Shown here: positions 26,108 through 34,130 of the stretch, one piece after another
How the letters are laid out: each line of letters begins with the position of its first letter
Numbering within the stretch: the stretch's first letter is position 1
Assembly (NCBI GenBank): GCA_965243615.1
Contig: CBDEVO010000003.1
Location: 5,594,471 to 5,658,470, forward strand
From: Vicinamibacterales bacterium
GTDB lineage: Bacteria > Acidobacteriota > Vicinamibacteria > Vicinamibacterales > UBA8438
Direction: 5' to 3'
DNA length: 64,000 nucleotides
Notes under the pieces: model-generated
Database searches by the model: none
Seen by the model: only the letters and a program-made list of their open reading frames with translations
What the model was told of the DNA's origin: nothing
Position numbers and translations under genes: made by a program

Positions 26108-26617
26108 ATGAGAATTCCCATCCTCGCGCTGCTGCTGGCCGGCGTCGTGGTCGTCGAGAGCCAGTCGCCCTTCGATCCGCTGCTGCAGGAGCAGCTCGGC
26201 AAGCTGTTCCCACGCGCCGCCTCCTTCTCGCCCAAGGAGGGGTCGCCGCCCCACTTCAAGGCGTTCGCGGCCAACGGCGACATCGTCGGCTTCGCCTTCT
26301 GGACCACCGAGCTCGAGCCGCTCGAGCGCGGCTACGACGGCCCCATCCAGGTGCTCGTCGGAGTCGATCTCGACGCCGAGCTCACCGGCATCATCGTCGC
26401 CCGGCATCACGAGCCCTACGGCTACTTCTCGATCGACACCCCCGAGTACGGCGCGCAGTTCGTCCGGAAGAGCGTGCGCGACCGGTTCCGGGTCGGCGCC
26501 GACATCGACTCGGTGGCCACCGCCACCATCACCGTCCGGAGCGCGACCCGGGCGGTGCGCAACGGGGCCCGGCGCATCGCGCGGCAGTTCCTGAGTCCCG
26601 ATGGGGGCCTGCGGTGA
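26108..26617 (+). CDS. FMN-binding domain protein (NosR/NirI N-terminal-like)
   Basis: 169 aa. It has a signal/anchor MRIPILALLLAGVVVV and DSVATATITVRSATRAV, which resembles the flavinylated (S/T)GAT(I/V)(T/S) motif. Confidence 0.65.
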   Translation: MRIPILALLLAGVVVVESQSPFDPLLQEQLGKLFPRAASFSPKEGSPPHFKAFAANGDIVGFAFWTTELEPLERGYDGPIQVLVGVDLDAELTGIIVARHHEPYGYFSIDTPEYGAQFVRKSVRDRFRVGADIDSVATATITVRSATRAVRNGARRIARQFLSPDGGLR

Positions 26618-27792
26618 CCCGGACGCCGGCCGGGCCGTCGACCCTCGGCGCCGCCGTCCCCCGGCGCTGGCTCGTCACCGTCGCCCTCGTGCTCGGGGGC
26701 CTCGGGGCGGCCACCCCGGCGGCGGCGCAGGGGGAGCCCGCGGCCGCCCCGGCGCCGGCGCTGCCCGAAGCGGCCGGGGTCGACGGGCAGCCGGCCGATG
26801 ACGGGTGGGACTTCGAGGAGGAAGACGACGGATGGGGCTTCGAAGACGAGGAGGAAGACGACGGATGGGGCTTCGAGGACGAGGAGGGGGGTGACGACGC
26901 CTGGAGCTTCGAGGACGACCAGGCGGAGACGGAGACCTGGGGCACCCTGCTCCGCGATCAGGCCGCCGATCTCGTGTTCTTCACCGGCTTCGCGGCGCTG
27001 GTCATGGTGGGCTTCTTCCGGAAGAGCGTCCCGCTCAAGTACGTGACCCTCGCCGCCGCCGTCGTCTACATGGGGTTCACGAAGAGCCAGCTCATCTCCG
27101 TCGTCAACGTCTACGGTCTGGTGACCGGCAACATGCCGGTCTTCCGCTACAGCCTCGCGTGGTACCTGTTCGCGGCGTTCACCGTCGTCACCACCGTGCT
27201 GTGGGGACGGCTCTATTGCGGGCGCGTCTGCGCCTTCGGCGCGCTCACCCAGCTCATGGACCGGGTGGTCCCGGCCCGGCTGCGGGTTGAGGTGCCGCAA
27301 TGGCTCGAGGAACGGGCGGCGTGGATCAAGTACGGCCTGCTGGGGGTGGTGCTGGTCTACTTCCTGGCGACGGCGGACATCCCCGCCTACCGCTGGGTCG
27401 AGCCGTTCTGGATGTTCACGCGGCGCGGGACGACCGCGATGTGGATCGCGCTGGCGGTGCTGCTCGTGGCCACGGTGTTCGTGCGCAACCTCTACTGCCG
27501 CTTCCTGTGCCCGGTGGGCGCGTTCCTGGGAATCCTGTCGAAGGCGACGGTGTTCCGGATCAAGCGGTGGAAGGAGTGCGACACCTGCAAGATCTGCGAG
27601 AAGGCCTGCGAATGGGGCGCCATCCGCGGGCCCGAGATCGTCATGACCGAGTGCGTCCGCTGCGACGACTGCGAGCGGCTCTACGCCGACGTGAAGAAGT
27701 GCCCGCACTGGCTGCTGCTGCTTCGCGCCAAGCGGAGGCAACGGCAGGCGGCGCCTTCGGTCATTCCCGTCCGACCGGTCGCGTCGATCTGA
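26614..27792 (+). CDS. NosR/NapH/MauN-like polytopic 4Fe-4S membrane protein with acidic Trp-repeat insert
   Basis: The GTG start overlaps the upstream stop (GTGA). Cys motifs: YCGRVCAFG, YCRFLCPVG (CX3CP), CDTCKICEKAC and CVRCDDCERLYADVKKCP (two ferredoxin-type clusters). Multiple TM helices. Confidence 0.8.
   Translation: MTRTPAGPSTLGAAVPRRWLVTVALVLGGLGAATPAAAQGEPAAAPAPALPEAAGVDGQPADDGWDFEEEDDGWGFEDEEEDDGWGFEDEEGGDDAWSFEDDQAETETWGTLLRDQAADLVFFTGFAALVMVGFFRKSVPLKYVTLAAAVVYMGFTKSQLISVVNVYGLVTGNMPVFRYSLAWYLFAAFTVVTTVLWGRLYCGRVCAFGALTQLMDRVVPARLRVEVPQWLEERAAWIKYGLLGVVLVYFLATADIPAYRWVEPFWMFTRRGTTAMWIALAVLLVATVFVRNLYCRFLCPVGAFLGILSKATVFRIKRWKECDTCKICEKACEWGAIRGPEIVMTECVRCDDCERLYADVKKCPHWLLLLRAKRRQRQAAPSVIPVRPVASI
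26797..26919 (+). repeat. in-frame tandem repeat encoding 4x DDGW(D/G/S)FE(D/E) acidic motif
   Basis: Two adjacent 33-bp units (26821..26853 and 26854..26886) differ at one base, and degenerate copies flank them. The peptide is DDGWDFEEEDDGWGFEDEEEDDGWGFEDEEGGDDAWSFEDD. Confidence 0.85.
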
Positions 27793-27812
27793 TTCGACGA
27801 AGCGAGGACACG

Positions 27813-28058
27813 ATGCCGATCTACGAGTACGAGTGCCGCGGCTGCCGGAACCAGTTCGAGCTGCTCATCCTGCCGGGCAACGCTCCCGCGTGCCCGACGT
27901 GCCGGGGCACCGACCTGGAGAAGCTGCTGTCGATCTCGTCGGTCAGCTCCGACGGGACCCGGCAGCGCAGCCTGGGCCTCGCCCGCCAGGCCGCCAAGAA
28001 GATCCAGCGCGACAAGGCGCACGCCGAGCACGAGGCGTACCTCAGTCATCACCACTGA
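27813..28058 (+). CDS. FmdB-family zinc-ribbon protein
   Basis: MPIYEYECRGCRNQFELLILPGNAPACPTCRG is the canonical CxxC...CxxC N-terminus. 81 aa. Confidence 0.8.
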   Translation: MPIYEYECRGCRNQFELLILPGNAPACPTCRGTDLEKLLSISSVSSDGTRQRSLGLARQAAKKIQRDKAHAEHEAYLSHHH

Positions 28059-28218
28059 GGGGGGCCAGTGGGGCCGCTCCGCCCACGCTGCCGATGCGCG
28101 GCAAGAAGCTTGCATGCCCGCCACCGAGCGGACAGCGCGCAAACGTGACGGCGGCGGGTGGGGGCTTGCCCGCCTCGACCCGCCGCCTGCAACTCTGAAA
28201 TCCGAATGTCCGGGACCG

Positions 28219-28247
28219 GGGAGCCCGGCGGCGAGGCCGCCGGGCTC
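28219..28247. terminator. perfect 13-bp GC hairpin between convergent genes (possible bidirectional terminator)
   Basis: GGAGCCCGGCGGC-GAG-GCCGCCGGGCTCC, with no clear U-run. Confidence 0.35.
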
Positions 28248-28262
28248 CGGGTGAGGCTCGTT

Positions 28263-29621
28263 CTACACGTCCGACAGGTGCTTCAGCTGACCGGTGCTGT
28301 CGCCGAGCTTCTCGGTCGGCACCCCGACCTTGTCGAGCAGGCTGAGCTGCAGGTTGGTCAGCGGCGTCTCGTCGGCCACGCGCACGTGGCGGCCGCCGCG
28401 CATGCGCCCGGCCGAGCCGCCGACGAGCACGATCGGCAGGTTCACGTGCAGGTGCTGGTTGCCGTCGCTGATGCCGCAGCCGTAGAGCATCATCATGTGG
28501 TCGAGGAGGCTGCCGTCGCCGTCCGGCGTCTCCGCGAGGCGCCCGACGAAGTACGCGAACTGCTCGATGTGGTGCCGGTTCAGCTTGGCCAGCTTCTCCA
28601 TCTGCACCGGGCGGTTCTGGTGGTGCGAGAGCCCGTGGTGCGGGTCGGGAATGCCCAGCTCGGGATAGGTCCGCGGGCTGACCTCACGCGACATCATGAA
28701 CGTGATGACCCGGGTCATGTCCGTCTGCAGGGCCAACAACTGCAGGTCGAACATCAGCCGCGCGTGCTCCGCGAAGGTGTCGGGGATGCCCCCGGTGGGC
28801 CGGGCCAGCTCCGGCAGCTCGACGTGGCTCTGCAGCTCGGCGAGCCGGATGCGCCGCTCGATGTCGCGGATCGCGTCGAGGTACTGGTTCACCTTGTCGC
28901 GATCGGCGGGCGCGAGGGTGTGGCGGAAGTCGTCGACCTCGTGCACCAGCGAGTCGAGGATGCTGCGGTCCTCGCGGATGCGGGCGAGCCGGGCCTCCTG
29001 ACTGGTGTCGTCGGTGTCGCCGAAGAGCCGCTCGAAGACCGCCCGCGGCTGGTTCTCCATCGGCAGCGGGGTGGTCGGGTTGCGCCACGACAGGGTGTTG
29101 GCGTAGGCGCAGCTCCAGCCCGCCTCGCACGCCCCGATCAGCTCGTTCGGGTCCAGCGCGAGCTCGAGCGACGTGAGCTGGGTGTCCTGCCCGATCCTCG
29201 CGGCCGCGATCTGGTCCATCGAGGTCCCGCCGCGGATGTCCGGCCCCTCGGTCTTCTTCGGGTGCACCCCGGTGAGGAACGCGGAGGCGGCGCGCACGTG
29301 GTCGCCGGTACCCTCGCCGGGCAGCGGGAACATCGGCTCGCTCTGGAGCCCGCTCACCACCGTGACCTGGTCCTGGAACGGGGCGAGGGGGGCGAGAGTC
29401 TGCGGCAGGATGAAGTCGCGCCCGTCAGCCGCCGGCGTCCACTGGTCCATGATGACGCCGTTGGGGACGTAGCCGACGTAGAGCCGCGCCTGCGGCCGCG
29501 CCGCGGTGTTGCGCATCGCCGACAGGGCCGGGACCATCCCGTCGAGCAGGGGCAGGGCCAGGGTGGCGCCGACGCCGCGCAGGAACGTCCGCCGGGGCAA
29601 CGCCATCTTGGTGATGATCAT
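28263..29621 (-). CDS. DUF1552 domain protein (Tat-signal)
   Basis: 452 aa from ATG 29621. MIITKMALPRRTFLRGVGATLALPLL is a twin-arginine-like signal. The HHxLSHH-like motif is HHGLSHHQN. It has a 4-nt overlap with the upstream DUF1592 gene. Confidence 0.85.
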   Translation of the reverse strand: MIITKMALPRRTFLRGVGATLALPLLDGMVPALSAMRNTAARPQARLYVGYVPNGVIMDQWTPAADGRDFILPQTLAPLAPFQDQVTVVSGLQSEPMFPLPGEGTGDHVRAASAFLTGVHPKKTEGPDIRGGTSMDQIAAARIGQDTQLTSLELALDPNELIGACEAGWSCAYANTLSWRNPTTPLPMENQPRAVFERLFGDTDDTSQEARLARIREDRSILDSLVHEVDDFRHTLAPADRDKVNQYLDAIRDIERRIRLAELQSHVELPELARPTGGIPDTFAEHARLMFDLQLLALQTDMTRVITFMMSREVSPRTYPELGIPDPHHGLSHHQNRPVQMEKLAKLNRHHIEQFAYFVGRLAETPDGDGSLLDHMMMLYGCGISDGNQHLHVNLPIVLVGGSAGRMRGGRHVRVADETPLTNLQLSLLDKVGVPTEKLGDSTGQLKHLSDV

Positions 29622-32053
29622 GACGCGGGACCTCTCCTCAGTTGAAACGGCACGCTGCGGGCGATGCCCGCCACGATCGCCGACCAGCGGTAGTCGTCGT
29701 CCGCGGCCTCGCGGACGACGCGGCGCACCGCCGGGGCGTCGTAATACTCTACACCGCGCCCGAGCCCGTAGGTCATCAGCTTCTCGGCCACGGTGGTCAC
29801 GAAGCTCTCCGGCCGCTTGAGCAGAGCCGCGGCCAGCGACTCGGGCCCGTCCACCGGGGTGCCGTCGACCAGCTCGCCGGCCGCGTCGACCGGGGTCCCC
29901 GCCTCGGTCACCGTCCGCCAGCGGCCGATGGCGTCGAAGTTCTCGAGCGCGAAGCCCAGGGGGTCCATGACCCGGTGGCAGCCCGCGCACGCGGGGCTCT
30001 GGCGGTGCACCTCGAGGCGCTCGCGCACCGAGCGGGGCGGCTCGCCGCTGTCGTCGTTCTCGGCCAGGGCGGGCACGTCGGCCGGGGGCGGCGGGGGCGG
30101 CGAGCCGAGGATGTTCTCGAGCAGCCACTTGCCGCGGACCACCGGCGACGTCCGGTGTGCGTACGAGGTCACCGTCAGCAGGCTGCCCTTGCCGAGCAGG
30201 CCCCGCCGCGGCGACAGCCCGCCGTCGAGGGCGACGGGCCGGAAATGGTTCCCGTAGACGTTGGGAATGCCGTAGTGCTCGGCCAGCCGCTGGTTGACGA
30301 ACGTCTCGTCCGACGTCAGGAGCTCGAGGACGCTGTGGTCCTGGCGAATCTGCCGGTCGAGGAACAGCTCCATCTCGCGGGCCATCGCCCCGCGGAGGTT
30401 GGCGTCGAAGTCGGCGAAGGCGTAGGGGTCGGGGGCCACCAGGGCCATGTTGCGCAGGTACAGCCACTGGCCGCCGAAGTTGTCGACGAGCGATGCGGCG
30501 CGGGGGTCGGCCAGCATCCGCTCCACCTGGGCCTCGAGCACGCCCGGCTCGCGCAGCGCGCCCCGGTCGGCGAGGTCGAGCAGCTCGTCGTCGGGAATGC
30601 TGCTCCACAGGAAGAACGACAGCCGCGCCGCGAGCTCGTGCTCGCCGACGAGGTACGGCGCTCCGGGGGCCGCCCCGTCGGGGTCGCGCTCGCGCCGGAA
30701 CAGGAAGTCGGGGCTCACGAGCACCCGGCGCAGGGCCATCTCGACGCCCGCGTCGAAGTCGCCGCTCTCGCGCCCGAGGTGGAAGAAGCGCAGCAGCATG
30801 TCGAGGTCGCCGTCGTCGAGCGGCCGGCGGAACGCGCGGCGTCCCAGCGCCCCGAGAATCTCCCGGGCGCAGGCCACTTCCTCGGGACCGGACGGCGCCG
30901 CGCCGGCCGGGGGCCGGCAGACGAAGATGGCGCGCCGGCTGGGGGTGTCGCCGCGGCCGGTGACGTCGTAGGGCCCCCGCAACTCGATGCGGCCGATACC
31001 CGGATCGTGGCTCTGGTCGCCCGCGTACTCGTAGCTGGTGACCGCGTAGTGCGGCCGGCGCATGCCCTCGAGCACCGCCGCCTGGTCGACGAAGGTCACC
31101 GCGAGCATGTGGGGGCCGGCGGGTACCGTGAAGCGCACCTCCTGCGCGTCGTCGACCGAGTTCCGGTAGTCGCGCCGCTGCTCGGCCCCCGAAGCGTCGA
31201 GGAGGGGGCCGCCCACGGTCAGGGTCTCGACGAGGGCCCCGTCGAGCCGCACCTCCATCTCGTGCCGGTTGGCGAGGCCGCGCAGCCGCCCGTCGTAGGT
31301 GCGGGCCAGGTAGATCCTGACGACGTACTCGCCGTCCACCGGGAAGGTGTGGCGGACCGCCAGCCCCCCCCGCGACCCGAACGGCAGGTCGTCGCTGACC
31401 CGGGCGTCCTGCTTCAGGTACTTGTCGACGGTGAATATCTCGGTCGACGGGGCGAGGTTCGGGTCGCCCACCGCGAGCCGGCTGATCTTCCGGGCCGCCG
31501 ACAGGTAGCGCTCGGTCAGCATGGGCGACACCGACAGCACGTCGGCGATGTTGTCGAAGCCGTAGCCGGAGTCGTCGGCCGGGAGCAGCGCCCTCGTGTC
31601 GACCTCCAGCGCGAGGAGGTCGCGGATGGCGTTGGCGTACTCGGCGCGGTTGAGGCGGTGGACGGCGGGTCGCCGGCCAGGGTTCGGGTCGGCCGCCGCG
31701 GCGGCGTCGATCGCCGTCTCGAGGCGGGCGACGACCCCCTCGTACTGCGCCTCGCTCGGGCGAGGCCGGCCGGCCGGGGGCATCGCGCGGGTGCGCAGCT
31801 TGCGGATGACCCTTTCCCAGAGCTCGGCTTCGCCGGCGTGCTCGCCGACCCGGTCGAAGTCGACGCCCTGCAGGGAGACGCCCGCGGTCAGGGTCCGGTC
31901 GTTGTGGCACCCCACGCAGTAACGCGTGAGGAGGGCCCGGTCGTCCGGCGCGGGCTGCGCCAGCGCGGCGCCGGCCCCGCCCCCGAGCAACGACAGCGCC
32001 GCCGCGGCCAGAATCGCCGGGACGCCGCGTGTACGCGCGTGACGGTGTGGCAT
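29618..32053 (-). CDS. DUF1592/DUF1588/DUF1587/DUF1595-type protein with N-terminal cytochrome c motif
   Basis: 811 aa from ATG 32053 (MPHRHARTRGVPAILAAAALSLL signal). It has a CVGCH heme-binding-like motif and a second CAGCH near the C-terminus. This architecture is classically paired with DUF1552. Confidence 0.85.
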   Translation of the reverse strand: MPHRHARTRGVPAILAAAALSLLGGGAGAALAQPAPDDRALLTRYCVGCHNDRTLTAGVSLQGVDFDRVGEHAGEAELWERVIRKLRTRAMPPAGRPRPSEAQYEGVVARLETAIDAAAAADPNPGRRPAVHRLNRAEYANAIRDLLALEVDTRALLPADDSGYGFDNIADVLSVSPMLTERYLSAARKISRLAVGDPNLAPSTEIFTVDKYLKQDARVSDDLPFGSRGGLAVRHTFPVDGEYVVRIYLARTYDGRLRGLANRHEMEVRLDGALVETLTVGGPLLDASGAEQRRDYRNSVDDAQEVRFTVPAGPHMLAVTFVDQAAVLEGMRRPHYAVTSYEYAGDQSHDPGIGRIELRGPYDVTGRGDTPSRRAIFVCRPPAGAAPSGPEEVACAREILGALGRRAFRRPLDDGDLDMLLRFFHLGRESGDFDAGVEMALRRVLVSPDFLFRRERDPDGAAPGAPYLVGEHELAARLSFFLWSSIPDDELLDLADRGALREPGVLEAQVERMLADPRAASLVDNFGGQWLYLRNMALVAPDPYAFADFDANLRGAMAREMELFLDRQIRQDHSVLELLTSDETFVNQRLAEHYGIPNVYGNHFRPVALDGGLSPRRGLLGKGSLLTVTSYAHRTSPVVRGKWLLENILGSPPPPPPADVPALAENDDSGEPPRSVRERLEVHRQSPACAGCHRVMDPLGFALENFDAIGRWRTVTEAGTPVDAAGELVDGTPVDGPESLAAALLKRPESFVTTVAEKLMTYGLGRGVEYYDAPAVRRVVREAADDDYRWSAIVAGIARSVPFQLRRGPAS

Positions 32054-32183
32054 GTTCGTCCGGTTGATGAAGTTGTCCCCAGAAACCCGCCGCTGCATTA
32101 TCATGAAGGCCACGGCGGCAGTCAAGCGACGGCGCGAGCGGGCGCGCGAGCATCCGCCCGCGGACGGCAACGAGACCGAGACC

Positions 32184-33716
32184 ATGAAGGCACACCAATC
32201 AGCGGCGGCCGCCATCGCGACCGCGCTCCTTGCCACGGCGCTCCCCGTCACATCCCACGCGCAGCCGGCCTTCGGTCTTCCGGACCTGGTGGCGGCGGCG
32301 AGAGGCAGCGACGACGAGGCGGTCCGGGATCTTCTCGAGGCGGGCGCGGACCCCGACGCGGCCTACGGGGACGGGACCACCGCCCTCCACTGGGCGGCGC
32401 ACCGCGACGCGCACGCCCTGGTCGTCGACCTGCTCGCGGCCGGCGCCGACGTGAACGCCGCCGACGACCACGGCGTCACGCCCCTGTCTCTGGCGTGCGT
32501 GAACGGCAACCGGCTCGTCGTCGACGTCCTGCTCGCGGCCGGCGCCGACCCCAACGGGGCACGCGGCAACGGCGAGACGCCGCTGATGACGGCGGCGCGG
32601 GTCGGCAATCTCGACGTGGCCCGAAGCCTGATCGCGGCGGGGGCCGATCCCGACGCCCGGGAGGCCACCCTCGGCCAGACGGCGCTGATGCTCGCCGTGG
32701 CCGAGAACCACACCCCGGTGGCGCGCCTCCTGCTCGAGACCGGCGCCGCGGCCACCGCCCGCTCGACGAACCGGTTCACCCCGCTGCTGTTCGCGGCGCA
32801 GCAGGGCAACCTCGAGGCGGCCGACCTGCTGCTCTCGGCCGGGGCCGACGTCGACGAGTCGGCGCCGGACGGCATCGGGGGCAACACCAACGCGCGCACG
32901 CGCTTCGTGCCCAACACCGACGCCGCCGCCCTGCTCGTGGCCATCGACAGCGGCCACGCCGAGATGGCGCGCTTCCTGCTGGCGCGGGGCGCTGACCCCG
33001 ATCACGACGGGGCGGGGCGCACCGCCCTGCACGCCGCCGTGCAGCGGAAGATGCCGGAGGTGGTGGCGGCTCTTCTCGAGCACGGCGCCGACCCCGACCC
33101 CAGGATGACGAAGCGGCTGCCGTTCGTGTCGCGGCGCATCACACAGAACAACGGGATGACCCCCTCCAACACCGGGGCCACGCCGTTCTTCCTGGCCGCG
33201 AGCTACAACGACCTCGAGAGCATGAAGATCCTCGTTGAGGGCGGCGCCGACCCCATGCTGCGGGCCGACGACGAGACCACCGCGCTGATGGTGGCGGCGG
33301 GCGGCGACTACGTGGAGGGCGCGGACAAGTACGGCGTCCGGTGGTTCGGCGACAACCTGGCCCTGCAGGAATCGGCCCTGGAAGCGGTGAAGTACCTGCT
33401 GGAGCTCGGCCTCGACGTCAACGCCAGGAACATCCACGAGCAGACCACGCTCCACGGCGCCGTCTACCTCGGCGGGACCCTGCTCGTGCCGTACCTCGTC
33501 GAGCAGGGGGCCGAGATCGACGTCGTCAACGTCCGCGGGCAGACGCCCTGGATGGTCGCGGCCGAGGGCGAGTACCGGTCCGGCTCGTTCTACACCCACA
33601 GGGAGACCGGCGAGATCCTGGAGCAGCTCGGGGCCGACACCACCCTGGGCGAGGACCTGGGACCGAACTTCCGCGAGGTCCTGGCCGCGCGCGAGCAGCA
33701 GCAGCAGCAGCAGTAG
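32184..33716 (+). CDS. secreted ankyrin-repeat protein with C-terminal poly-Gln
   Basis: 510 aa from ATG 32184. It has the signal MKAHQSAAAAIATALLATALPVTSHAQ and at least 9 repeats of G.TALH.A....h..v..LL..GADPN/VN. It ends in EQQQQQQ, encoded by (CAG)6 at 33696..33713. Confidence 0.85.
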   Translation: MKAHQSAAAAIATALLATALPVTSHAQPAFGLPDLVAAARGSDDEAVRDLLEAGADPDAAYGDGTTALHWAAHRDAHALVVDLLAAGADVNAADDHGVTPLSLACVNGNRLVVDVLLAAGADPNGARGNGETPLMTAARVGNLDVARSLIAAGADPDAREATLGQTALMLAVAENHTPVARLLLETGAAATARSTNRFTPLLFAAQQGNLEAADLLLSAGADVDESAPDGIGGNTNARTRFVPNTDAAALLVAIDSGHAEMARFLLARGADPDHDGAGRTALHAAVQRKMPEVVAALLEHGADPDPRMTKRLPFVSRRITQNNGMTPSNTGATPFFLAASYNDLESMKILVEGGADPMLRADDETTALMVAAGGDYVEGADKYGVRWFGDNLALQESALEAVKYLLELGLDVNARNIHEQTTLHGAVYLGGTLLVPYLVEQGAEIDVVNVRGQTPWMVAAEGEYRSGSFYTHRETGEILEQLGADTTLGEDLGPNFREVLAAREQQQQQQ

Positions 33717-33771
33717 TCCGCCAGCCCGGCAACAGGTCGCGGGGCGCCGCCTCCCGGTGGTGAAGGCCGGC

Positions 33772-34103
33772 TCAGCCCAGACTCGCCAGCAGGGCGTCCA
33801 CCCCGGCCTGGGCCACGACCTCGTCCTGGTCGGGGGTGCCCGAGCTGCAGCCGATGCCGGCCACGATCTCGTCGTTCACGAACACCGGCACGCCGCCGGC
33901 CACGATCATGAAGCGGCCCTGGTTGCTGACGTGGATGCCGAACGCCGGGCCTCCCGGTCCGCTCACCTCCCCGTAGGACCGCGTCGAGCGTCGCGCCGCA
34001 GCCGCCGTGAACGCATGTCGACGCCGATCTCGCGCGCCTTGGCCTCGGCCGCGGCCATCATGACCCGGGCGTCGTCGAGGGTCAGCTTCTGGGCTGTTCG
34101 CAT
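33772..34103 (-). pseudogene. GlcG/DUF336 (heme-binding-like) gene with internal out-of-frame deletion
   Basis: ATG 34103 with a GGAGG RBS gives MRTAQKLTLDDARVMMAAAEAKAREIGVDM, after which the frame breaks. A second frame continues AFTAAAARRSTRSYGEVSGPGGPAFGIHVSNQGRFMIVAGGVPVFVNDEIVAGIGCSSGTPDQDEVVAQAGVDALL. About 30 central residues of the family are missing. The length of 332 nt is not a multiple of 3. Confidence 0.6.
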
Positions 34104-34130
34104 GTGGTCTCATCCTCCCGCCGCGAATTA

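Noticed and set aside
29622-32198. N-terminal 860 codons of the 1311-aa minus ORF 28263..32198
   Set aside because: It is an open alternative frame across the DUF1592 gene. The real DUF1552 gene starts at ATG 29621 with a Tat-like signal.
33696-33713. (CAG)6 microsatellite
   Set aside because: It is simply the coding sequence for the QQQQQQ tail of the ankyrin protein. It is too short to call a functional repeat, and it is already noted under that gene.
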